Positions 56,167 through 64,000 of a DNA stretch of 64,000 bases are shown here, piece by piece (position 1 is the stretch's first letter; each line of letters opens with the position of its first letter). A model generated the notes under the pieces. The model ran no database searches, was not told where the DNA came from, and worked only from the letters and a program-made list of their open reading frames with translations. The position numbers and the translations under genes are program-made. The DNA is from Acidobacteriota bacterium (GTDB lineage Bacteria; Acidobacteriota; Vicinamibacteria; Vicinamibacterales; UBA2999), in the NCBI GenBank assembly GCA_947503365.1, contig CANNDT010000010.1, forward strand, positions 5,588 through 69,587. The letters run 5' to 3'.

Positions 56167-57732
56167 ATGAGCCTCACAGACACACGCACTACCCGGATCG
56201 CCGTCTTCATCGATTTCGACAACGTCGAGATCGGCGTGAAGAGCACCATCGGCGGCCAGTTCGACATCGGCCTCGTTCTCGAGGCCATCAAGGAACGCGG
56301 CGAGATCGTCACCAAGATTGCCTACAGCGACTGGAAGCGCGCGGGTGATTACAGCCGCGTTCTCTCGCAGCACGCGATCCGGATGGTCCAGCGCAACCTG
56401 ACGCCCGGCGGCGACAAGAACGGCGCCGACATCACCATGGCGCTCGATGCGCTCGAGATGGCGTTCACCCACGATCACATCAACGCCTTCGTCATCGTCG
56501 GCGGCGACAGTGATTTCATTTCGCTCGTCGAGAAGCTCAAACAGTACGGCCGCACCGTCATCGTCGTTGGCGGCCGCCAGTTCACGAGCCAGACGATGCA
56601 GAAGAACTGCCACGAGTTCATCGCCTACGAGAACCTTGTGAGCAGCAGCCGCGGCAGCAGTCGCACCGAGCGCGGCGCGAGGCCCGCGGCCGGCGCGACG
56701 GCGATTACCACGAGTGCAATCGACAAGGCGCTGCCGCTGGTCAAGCGCGCGCTCAAGGTCCTGTCCGACCGCGAAGTCTCGCCGCAGTTGGGCCTGCTCA
56801 AGAGCACGCTGCTGCAGCTCGATTCAACATTCTCCGAGCGCGAATACGGCGCCGGCAGCTTCCGCGATTTCATGGAGAAGGTCGCCAAGGCAGGCGCGGT
56901 CACGCTGAAGAATGCGGGACGCAGCATGCTCGTCGAGCCTGTCGACGACCACGAGGTCCACTCGGTCGTCGCACCTCAGGCGCCGGCAGATGCCGAAGCA
57001 GACACCACGCGGCTCACGGAATCAGAGCCGGCCAGGCGCGCGCTGCCTGATTCGTCACGCCGATCGCAGCATGACTCGGCGCGGCGGTCAGAACCCGACT
57101 CGATGCGGCGCGGACCGTCACAGTCCTCGATGCCTCCCCCTGGCGACGAAGACGAAGAAACTTTGCCTCCGTCGCCGATGACGATGCAGGACGGCATCAA
57201 GACCGTGCAGCGTGCCTTCGTTGAAGCCACGCCGCCGCCGCGATGGCCGATGTACGTGCGCCAGGCGAAAGCGTTTCTGCGCACGGCCATCGAAGGCTTC
57301 GACGAACGGAATTACGGCTTCGCGTCGGTTGTTGACCTGTTCCGGGCGGCGGGCAAGGAAGGCGTGCTTCGCATCGAGCGCGATCGCCAGGGCGCCGTGC
57401 GTCTCTTCCCGGGCGCGAACCTGACGGGACGTTCGGCGACGTCGCCGGTCGAGTATCGCGGTTCGGATGGCGGGGATGTCGACGGGAACGTCGAGATCGT
57501 GGAAGGCCAGCCCGTTTCAGCCGAGGCCGTTGCCGAACCGCCTATTCTCGACGCCGAGCCGGTAGAGGCGTCTGGCAATGTCGACGTGGTGGCGGAGGAA
57601 ACACCGAAGAAGGGCGGACGCAAGCGGAAGGCGGCAGCGCCGAAGGCCGCCAAGCCCGCCGCAGCCGGCCGTTCGCCGAAGCCGCGCGCCCGCAAGAGCG
57701 CGCGCACCAAGTCAGAAGCCGCGGACAAGTAG
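56167..57732 (+). CDS. NYN (LabA-like PIN) domain protein with two OST-HTH/LOTUS domains and a Lys-rich tail
   Basis: RIAVFIDFDNV...GADITMALDALEMA...FVIVGGDSDFISLVEKLKQYGRTVIVVG (NYN). Two LOTUS-like segments (..LGLLKSTLLQLDSTFSEREYGAGSFRDFM..; ..YVRQAKAFLRTAIEGFDERNYGFASVVDLF..). Tail KKGGRKRKAAAPKAAKPAAAGRSPKPRARK. Confidence 0.78.
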   Translation: MSLTDTRTTRIAVFIDFDNVEIGVKSTIGGQFDIGLVLEAIKERGEIVTKIAYSDWKRAGDYSRVLSQHAIRMVQRNLTPGGDKNGADITMALDALEMAFTHDHINAFVIVGGDSDFISLVEKLKQYGRTVIVVGGRQFTSQTMQKNCHEFIAYENLVSSSRGSSRTERGARPAAGATAITTSAIDKALPLVKRALKVLSDREVSPQLGLLKSTLLQLDSTFSEREYGAGSFRDFMEKVAKAGAVTLKNAGRSMLVEPVDDHEVHSVVAPQAPADAEADTTRLTESEPARRALPDSSRRSQHDSARRSEPDSMRRGPSQSSMPPPGDEDEETLPPSPMTMQDGIKTVQRAFVEATPPPRWPMYVRQAKAFLRTAIEGFDERNYGFASVVDLFRAAGKEGVLRIERDRQGAVRLFPGANLTGRSATSPVEYRGSDGGDVDGNVEIVEGQPVSAEAVAEPPILDAEPVEASGNVDVVAEETPKKGGRKRKAAAPKAAKPAAAGRSPKPRARKSARTKSEAADK

Positions 57733-57759
57733 GCCGGGTTCCGCGAAGCGGACCTGGCG

Positions 57760-58095
57760 CTAGTAATCCGTCTGGACATATCCGCCGCGTGGCGTCCACT
57801 GCACGCGGCGGATCTCCGTCGTCTCGTCGTGCGGTCTCATCGGATGCACGTATACCAGCACCTCCTGGTAACCGCGCACGCGCACGGGCGCGACAATCTC
57901 CTCGGCAATCTTCAGCGCCTGATCCAGGCGCACCGCGTCCACCTCCACAACCATCGTGTAGTTGGCGGATGTCGTCTTGGTGACGGTCCATGCGGGGAGT
58001 GCCCGGAACGGGCGTTCGGATAGGTAGAGCGTCACGCCGGCCAGCGCGATGACGACAAGCGATGCGACGCCGGCGGCGAGTACCCGCGCGACCAC
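57760..58095 (-). CDS. Hypothetical small membrane-anchored protein
   Basis: A GTG 58095 start gives VVARVLAAGVASLVVIALAGVTLYL... plus an approximately 85-aa domain. Longer track starts would overlap the parE start, so the start is uncertain. Confidence 0.4.
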   Translation of the reverse strand: MVARVLAAGVASLVVIALAGVTLYLSERPFRALPAWTVTKTTSANYTMVVEVDAVRLDQALKIAEEIVAPVRVRGYQEVLVYVHPMRPHDETTEIRRVQWTPRGGYVQTDY

Positions 58096-58153
58096 GTAAG
58101 ACGCTTCGCCGGAGATGCTACTCTCTTTCAGGCTCCAAGTCCCAAAGCCTCTC

Positions 58154-60058
58154 ATGTCCACATACACCGCCAAAGACATCACCGTTCTCGAAGGCCTCGA
58201 ACCCGTCCGGAAGCGCCCGGGCATGTATATCGGCGGCGTCGGCACCGCGGGCCTTCATCACCTCGTCTGGGAAATTCTCGACAACGCCATCGACGAAGCG
58301 ATGAACGGTTTTGCGTCGAATATCAACGTGACGCTGCACGCGGATGGCAGCTCGATCACGATCTCCGATGACGGCCGCGGCATTCCGGTCGACAAGCATC
58401 CGACAACGAAGAAGAGCGCGCTCGAAGTGATCTTCACGGTGCTCCATGCGGGCGGCAAGTTCGAGCACGGCAGCTACAAGACGGCCGGCGGCCTGCACGG
58501 GGTCGGCGCCAGCGTCGTCAACGCGCTGTCGACCGATCTGATCGCGAGCGTCAAGCGCGACGGCGTGCTGTGGGAGATGTCGTTCAAGCGCGGTAAGCCG
58601 ACCGGTCCGCTGAAGAAGGCCGGGCCCGCGCGCGGAACGGGGACGACCGTCTATTTCCATCCCGATCCGACGATCTTTCCGAAGATCGAGTTTGACGCCG
58701 CGACGATTCGCGAGCGTCTCGAGGTGGCCAGCTACATCCACCGCGGGGTCAAGGTCACCTTCGAAAACGAGGCCGAGAAACAGAAAGAGGTCTTCGAGCA
58801 CAAGGAAGGCCTGCTCGACTACCTGAAGAAGATCGTCGCGGAGCGCAGCGCGAAGCCGGTGCACGACGTGCCGTTCGTCCTCGAACGCGAGAGCGGGCCG
58901 AGGCTCGATCTCGTGCTGCAGTGGACCGAGGCCACCGACGAGCACATTCGCAGCTACGTCAATGGCATCCCGACGGCGTCCGGCGGCACGCACGAGAACG
59001 GCTTGCGCGCGGGCCTGGGCAAGGCGGTGCGCAACTACATCGACACCCACAACCTGTCGCCGAAGGGCGTGACGCTCAGCGCCGAAGACATCCGCGAAGG
59101 CCTGACCGGCGTCATCAGCCTGTTCATCGCCGAGCCGCAGTTCCAGGGTCAGACGAAGGACCGCCTCAATAACCCCGAGCTCACGGCGATGCTCGATTCA
59201 GCCGTGCGTCCGGCACTCGAGCACTGGCTGAATCACAACCGCAGCGTCGCCGAATCGATCGTCGGCCGGATCATTCTGTCGGCGCGTGCGCGCGAGGCGA
59301 GCCGTGCCGCGCAGGCGGAGGTCACGCGGAAGACCGCGACGACCGGCCGTCTCAACCTGCCGGGCAAACTGAGCGACTGCTCGAATAACGGCCGCGAAGA
59401 CAGCGAGTTGTTCGTCGTCGAGGGCGATTCGGCGGGTGGCTCGGCGAAGCAGGGGCGTGACCGTGCGAGGCAGGCGATCCTGCCGCTTCGCGGCAAGGTG
59501 ATGAACACCGAGGGGATGACGCTCGCCAAGGTGCTCGAGAACAAGGAGCTTGCCGATCTCGTGACCGCGCTCGGCTGCAGCATGGGCAAGAGCTTCGAGC
59601 TGGCGAGGCTCCGGTACGGCAAGGTGATCATCCTCGCCGACGCCGACTCCGACGGCCATCACATTGCGACGCTGCTCCTGACGTTCATCTATCGCCACCT
59701 CCCGCAGCTCATTGCCAATGGCCGGGTCTATCTCGCGCAGCCGCCGCTCTACCGGATCGATATCGGCAAGGAGTCGCACTGGGCGCTCGACGATGCGCAC
59801 CGCGACCGGATCCTGAAGCAGCATGGCAACGGACGCGGCTCGCCCGAGATCACGCGCTTCAAGGGACTCGGCGAGATGATGCCGAAGGTGCTGTGGGAGA
59901 CGACGCTGAATCCCAAGACGCGCCGCCTGCTGCGCGTCGAGATTACGGACCAGATTGTGACCGACCGGGTGATCAACGAGCTGATGGGCAAAGACGCGTC
60001 AGCCCGGTTCCGTTTCATCATGGAACGAGCGGAAGAAGCCGAAGAGCTCGACGTCTAG
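58154..60058 (+). CDS. parE: Type IIA DNA topoisomerase subunit B (ParE-like)
   Basis: ATG 58154 gives MSTYTAKDITVLEGLEPVRKRPGMYIGG. GHKL ATPase (LHHLVWEILDNAIDE), TOPRIM (EGDSAGGSAKQGRDR) and PLRGKVMN. Confidence 0.88.
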   Translation: MSTYTAKDITVLEGLEPVRKRPGMYIGGVGTAGLHHLVWEILDNAIDEAMNGFASNINVTLHADGSSITISDDGRGIPVDKHPTTKKSALEVIFTVLHAGGKFEHGSYKTAGGLHGVGASVVNALSTDLIASVKRDGVLWEMSFKRGKPTGPLKKAGPARGTGTTVYFHPDPTIFPKIEFDAATIRERLEVASYIHRGVKVTFENEAEKQKEVFEHKEGLLDYLKKIVAERSAKPVHDVPFVLERESGPRLDLVLQWTEATDEHIRSYVNGIPTASGGTHENGLRAGLGKAVRNYIDTHNLSPKGVTLSAEDIREGLTGVISLFIAEPQFQGQTKDRLNNPELTAMLDSAVRPALEHWLNHNRSVAESIVGRIILSARAREASRAAQAEVTRKTATTGRLNLPGKLSDCSNNGREDSELFVVEGDSAGGSAKQGRDRARQAILPLRGKVMNTEGMTLAKVLENKELADLVTALGCSMGKSFELARLRYGKVIILADADSDGHHIATLLLTFIYRHLPQLIANGRVYLAQPPLYRIDIGKESHWALDDAHRDRILKQHGNGRGSPEITRFKGLGEMMPKVLWETTLNPKTRRLLRVEITDQIVTDRVINELMGKDASARFRFIMERAEEAEELDV

Positions 60059-60068
60059 GACTACACCC

Positions 60069-60098
60069 TTACACCATGGATCGTCTACCATGGTGTAA
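60069..60098. promoter_or_regulatory. Perfect 11-bp palindrome immediately upstream of vapB (operator candidate, possibly also the parE terminator stem)
   Basis: TTACACCATGG-ATCGTCTA-CCATGGTGTAA, ending 3 nt before ATG 60102. Confidence 0.5.
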
Positions 60099-60101
60099 CC
60101 C

Positions 60102-60371
60102 ATGGCTCTGAACATCAAGAATGCCGAGGTCGAACGGCTGGCGACCGAGGTTGCGCGCCTGACGGGCGAGTCGAAGACCGAGGCCATCCGCCGCGCCCTC
60201 GAGGAGCGCCAGCGGCGACTCAAGAGCGTCTCAGCCGACAGCCGGCGCGCGCGCGTCCTGCGGTTCCTGGAAAAGGACGTATGGCCGACGCTGCCGCCAG
60301 ACCAGATGGGCCGGCGGCTCTCGCGCGAAGAAGAGGACGAAATCCTGGGTTATGGGAAGGGGGGCGTATGA
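60102..60371 (+). CDS. vapB: Type II antitoxin, VapB (Rv0623/PSK-like)
   Basis: MALNIKNAEVERLATEVARLTGESKTEAIRRALEE; 89 aa. The stop overlaps the vapC start (ATGA). Confidence 0.8.
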   Translation: MALNIKNAEVERLATEVARLTGESKTEAIRRALEERQRRLKSVSADSRRARVLRFLEKDVWPTLPPDQMGRRLSREEEDEILGYGKGGV

Positions 60372-60754
60372 CGCTCGACTCCTCGGCCCTTATCGCGGTG
60401 CTCTTCGCGGAGCCGGGATATCTCGACCTGGTGGACCGGGTCCTCGAGGCCGACCACGTACGCGTGGGGGCCCCGACGCTCGTGGAAACGAGCCTGGTGG
60501 TTGAGGGCCGGCGGCGTTCCCCTGTCGCTGGTGACGTCGAGGGCCTCGTAAAGGAACTGGCGATCACCGTGGTTCCCTTCGGCGAAGGCGAGTGGCGCAT
60601 CGCGATCGAGGCGTTCCGGCGGTTCGGCCGCGGACGGCATGCCGCCGCATTGAACTTTGGCGACTGCCTCGCGTATGCCAGCGCCGCCGCCGCGGGCGAC
60701 ACGCTGCTTTTCGTCGGCGACGACTTCGCGCGGACCGACATCGTACCGGCGTAA
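60368..60754 (+). CDS. vapC: Type II toxin, PIN-domain ribonuclease VapC
   Basis: MTLDSSALIAVL.. (Asp4), ..VETSLV.. and ..NFGDCLAYA..; 128 aa. Confidence 0.88.
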   Translation: MTLDSSALIAVLFAEPGYLDLVDRVLEADHVRVGAPTLVETSLVVEGRRRSPVAGDVEGLVKELAITVVPFGEGEWRIAIEAFRRFGRGRHAAALNFGDCLAYASAAAAGDTLLFVGDDFARTDIVPA

Positions 60755-60872
60755 ACGATAGACGTGCTGCGCGCTTCACGCGCGTTAGTTGAAGCGTCGA
60801 AACCCAACAGTCGCGTATCTTCTTCCGTCCGGAGCTCCGTAGTAGACTCGCCTCGGATTCATATATTTCCGA

Positions 60873-62348
60873 ATGGCCGGCCCCACGTCCCAGCGAAAAT
60901 TCGATCGATCCATCATCGAAGGTCCCATAGGTCCAGCCGTCTGGCGCCTCGCGTGGCCGACGATGCTGCAGAACGTCATTGCCGGGCTGCAGGGCATGAT
61001 CGATCACGCGATGGTGGGGCATTACGTCGGCTACACCGCCAACGCGGCGATCGGCGTCAGTTGGCAGATCGTGCTCGTCGTCATTGTCTTCGTCAGCTCG
61101 GTCTTCACCGGCATGGCCGTGCTGGTGTCGCGCTTCGCCGGGGCGAACGAGCCCGAGAAGGTCAACCGCGTCGTCTACCAATCGTTCCTGACCGCCGCGG
61201 GCCTCGCGGTCATCCTTGGCGCGACCGGCTGGCTCGCCGCGCCGTCGCTCCTCAATCTCGTCCACGCCGCGCCCGAAGTGCACGCCGAGGCGCTGCCATT
61301 TCTCCGCACGATGTTCGCCGGCATCGTCGGCATGATGATGTTCTTCATGCTGAGCGGCGCGTTCCGCGCGGCGGGCGATCCGCACACACCGCTCAAGCTC
61401 GGGATCGGCATGACGGTGCTGACGATCGTCTTCAACGTGATCCTGATTCCCAGGCTTGGAACCATCGGCGCGGCGTACGGCACGGTCGCGAGCAGCTCGC
61501 TGGTCTCGGCGTATGGCATCTGGCGGCTGACGCGCCCCGATTCGGTGATCCACTTCGAGCCGGGATTGCACCGCGGACCGGACTTCACGGTGATCCGCTC
61601 CCTGTTCAAGTTCGGACTTCCCACCGGCGTCCAGGGCATCGCGATGAACGTCGGGGGTGTGTTCCTCCTTCGGTTCATCGGTGGGCTGGAACATAGCGCC
61701 GCCGCCCAGGCGGCGTTTGCCGTGGGCTACACCGAGTTGTTCTCGCTGATTACGTGGACGTCGGTTGGCCTGATGGGCGCGGCCGCAACGATTGCGGGAC
61801 AGAACCTTGGCGCGCATCAGCCCGAGCGCGCCATCGAGGGCGTGCACGTCGCGTCCAAGATCGGCCTGGGCGTGGCCGCCGGCGTCGGCGCCCTCTTCAT
61901 GCTGATTCCCAACCAACTGCTCGCGCTCTTTGGCATGACCGATCCGTTGGTGCTGGAGCTTGGCCGGGAACTGCTTCGGTTCCTGACGATCTCGGGGCTC
62001 TTCATCACCGTCGCGCTGTGCTACACCGGCGCGTTGCAGGGCGCAGGCGACACCCGCAGCCCGCTCTACATCTCCGTCGTCTCGCAAATTGTCGTCCCGT
62101 TGGGGATCTGCACGATCCTCGAGGCGACCACGGGACTGCAAGCCTGGCAGATCTGGATGGCCATCTTCATCGGACACATGACGCGGTGCGTCCTGAGCGT
62201 CCTTCGATTCCGCCAGCAGAAGTGGCGCGGTATCCACGTCGACATCGGCCCCACGCGCCCGCCGCTCGCTACCGCCGAAAGTGAGATCCCCGGCGCCGAA
62301 CCGCACATCCCGATGCGCGAACCGGCGAATCCCCGGGTGCGCTCTTAG
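60873..62348 (+). CDS. MATE family efflux transporter
   Basis: 491 aa with 12 TM-like segments. N-terminus ..VWRLAWPTMLQNVIAGLQGMIDHAMVGH... Confidence 0.88.
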   Translation: MAGPTSQRKFDRSIIEGPIGPAVWRLAWPTMLQNVIAGLQGMIDHAMVGHYVGYTANAAIGVSWQIVLVVIVFVSSVFTGMAVLVSRFAGANEPEKVNRVVYQSFLTAAGLAVILGATGWLAAPSLLNLVHAAPEVHAEALPFLRTMFAGIVGMMMFFMLSGAFRAAGDPHTPLKLGIGMTVLTIVFNVILIPRLGTIGAAYGTVASSSLVSAYGIWRLTRPDSVIHFEPGLHRGPDFTVIRSLFKFGLPTGVQGIAMNVGGVFLLRFIGGLEHSAAAQAAFAVGYTELFSLITWTSVGLMGAAATIAGQNLGAHQPERAIEGVHVASKIGLGVAAGVGALFMLIPNQLLALFGMTDPLVLELGRELLRFLTISGLFITVALCYTGALQGAGDTRSPLYISVVSQIVVPLGICTILEATTGLQAWQIWMAIFIGHMTRCVLSVLRFRQQKWRGIHVDIGPTRPPLATAESEIPGAEPHIPMREPANPRVRS

Positions 62349-62364
62349 TCGTACAATCAATCGC

Positions 62365-63990
62365 GTGTTAGCAGGAACGCCACGCGTACCGACTCCCGTC
62401 AACGAACCAAACCTCAGCTACCTTCCCGGATCCCCTGAACGCAAGGAGCTGAAGGCCCGCCTTGCGGCGATGGCAGCCGAGAAGATCGACATTCCGATCA
62501 TCATCGGTGGCCGGGAGATCCGCACCGGCAAGGTTCGCCAGGCGGCGATGCCGCACGATCATCAGCACGTCCTGGCAGACTGGCATGTCGCGGAGCCTGG
62601 CCATGTGCGCGACGCGATCGCGGCTGCGGCAGAAGCGCAGAAGGAATGGGGACGCTGGCCGCTCGAAGACCGCGCCGCGGTGTTTCTGCGCGCGGCGGAG
62701 CTCCTGACGACGACGTGGCGCGCGACGTTGAATGCGGCGACGATGCTCGGACAGTCGAAGACGGCGTTCCAGGCGGAAATCGACGCGGCGTCGGAGATGA
62801 TCGATTTCTGGCGGTTCAATCCCTGCTTCGCGCAGGAACTGTACGGGGAGCAGCCGATCAGCACGCATGCGGCGTGGAACTCGGCGGAGTACCGCCCGCT
62901 CGAAGGGTTCGTCTACGCGGTGACTCCGTTCAACTTCACGTCAATCGCCGGCAACCTTCCAACCGCTCCAGCGCTGATGGGCAACACGGTGGTGTGGAAG
63001 CCCGCCTCGAGCGCGATGTTGAGCGCGTACTACATCATGCGGCTCCTGCAGGCCGCAGGCCTTCCCCCCGGCGTGATCAACTTCGTTCCCGGCGATTCGG
63101 TAGAGATCTCGAACATCCTGCTCGACTCGGCCGATCTCGCCGGCGTCCACTTCACCGGCAGCACGCCGGTCTTTCACGGCATGTGGAAGAAGGTCGGCGA
63201 CAACATCGATCGATACAAGAACTACCCGCGGCTCGTGGGTGAAACGGGCGGCAAGGACTTCATCGTTGCCCACCCGTCGGCCGACGCGCAGGAGCTGGCT
63301 GTCGCCATCGCGCGCGGCGGGTTCGAGTACCAGGGACAGAAGTGCTCAGCCGCGAGCCGCGTCTACGTGCCCCAGTCGCTCTGGCCCGGCGTGCGCGACC
63401 GCGTCGTCGGCATGATGCGCGAGATGCAGATGGGCGATCCCGCCGATTTCCGGACGTTCATCGGCGCCGTCATCGACAGGAAGTCGTTCGACAAGATCGG
63501 CGGGTACCTCGACGATGCGCGGCGGAATGCGACGATCGTCCAGGGCGGCGGCGCGAAAGGCGAGCGCGGGTACTTCATCGAGCCGACGCTGGTTGAAACG
63601 AAAGATCCCGGATACCGGTTGATGTGCGAGGAAATCTTCGGCCCGGTGGTCACCGCCCACGCGTATCCGGATGCGACGTGGACCGACCTGCTCGCGACGG
63701 TCGATCGCACGTCGCCGTACGCGCTGACGGGCGCCGTCTTCGCGCGGGATGGCGCCGCGATTCGCGAGGCACGCCATGCGCTGCGCAACGCGGCCGGCAA
63801 TTTCTATATCAACGACAAGCCGACGGGAGCCGTCGTCGGCCAGCAGCCATTTGGCGGCGCGAGGGCGTCGGGCACCAACGACAAAGCGGGATCGAAGATG
63901 AACTTGCTTCGCTGGGTCAGTGCCAGGACGATCAAGGAGACCTTCGCCCCGCCGCGAGACTACAAGTACGGCTACATGACAGAGAAATAG
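62365..63990 (+). CDS. pruA: L-glutamate gamma-semialdehyde (1-pyrroline-5-carboxylate) dehydrogenase
   Basis: GTG 62365 gives VLAGTPRVPTPVNEPNLSYLPGSPER.. ALDH motifs VGETGGKD and GQKCSAASR. Confidence 0.88.
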   Translation: MLAGTPRVPTPVNEPNLSYLPGSPERKELKARLAAMAAEKIDIPIIIGGREIRTGKVRQAAMPHDHQHVLADWHVAEPGHVRDAIAAAAEAQKEWGRWPLEDRAAVFLRAAELLTTTWRATLNAATMLGQSKTAFQAEIDAASEMIDFWRFNPCFAQELYGEQPISTHAAWNSAEYRPLEGFVYAVTPFNFTSIAGNLPTAPALMGNTVVWKPASSAMLSAYYIMRLLQAAGLPPGVINFVPGDSVEISNILLDSADLAGVHFTGSTPVFHGMWKKVGDNIDRYKNYPRLVGETGGKDFIVAHPSADAQELAVAIARGGFEYQGQKCSAASRVYVPQSLWPGVRDRVVGMMREMQMGDPADFRTFIGAVIDRKSFDKIGGYLDDARRNATIVQGGGAKGERGYFIEPTLVETKDPGYRLMCEEIFGPVVTAHAYPDATWTDLLATVDRTSPYALTGAVFARDGAAIREARHALRNAAGNFYINDKPTGAVVGQQPFGGARASGTNDKAGSKMNLLRWVSARTIKETFAPPRDYKYGYMTEK

Positions 63991-64000
63991 AGATGGTACA

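Noticed and set aside
60768-60784. TGCGCG-CTTCA-CGCGCG hairpin downstream of vapC as another REP family member.
   Set aside because: It shares only the CGCG clamp and a TTCA-like loop. It lacks the 5-nt inner stem and the CTACAG/GTAG head, so it is too short to assign.

Overview
GC-rich, densely coding bacterial chromosomal segment with about 57 protein genes, many of them translationally coupled through ATGA/GTGA overlaps. The gene content suggests Acidobacteriota: CarboxypepD_reg-type TonB-dependent-like outer-membrane proteins, a DUF1800/DUF1501 pair, bacillithiol genes and glycine-rich exported proteins. That taxonomic call is inference only. I saw no rRNA, tRNA, CRISPR array, IS element or integrase. 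Core metabolism dominates: icd, purEK, an eight-gene his operon (hisIGDCBHFA, minus strand), metK, pruA, and a ParC/ParE-like type IIA topoisomerase pair. Accessory genes include a penicillin-acylase-family gene, bshB1-bshA, two large OM beta-barrel genes, an OmpR/HK two-component pair, a group II PLP decarboxylase, two tandem CrtI-like flavoproteins, a membrane-anchored MutS paralog, a MocR regulator, vapBC and a MATE pump. The main things worth a second look are these. (1) An unannotated 27-codon His-rich leader ORF plus intrinsic terminator sits upstream of hisI, a classical leader-peptide attenuator. (2) A roughly 145-nt structured metK leader ends in a terminator that abuts the SD, which makes it a riboswitch candidate of unassigned class. 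(3) A solitary BMC-H shell gene appears co-transcribed with a DinB/YfiT thiol-transferase-like gene and overlaps a convergent MerR gene. (4) A TraL-like P-loop gene is interrupted by one in-frame TAA. (5) A NYN-LOTUS-LOTUS gene lies between the topoisomerase A and B subunit genes. (6) A GTAG-headed REP/REPIN-like hairpin family with compensatory stem changes occurs at three loci. (7) Imperfect 7-8-nt tandem microrepeats recur at gene ends and in frame inside two genes. I cannot verify novelty for any of these without database searches. ORF-track starts were trimmed where a signal peptide, an SD or coupling to the upstream stop indicated a downstream start.
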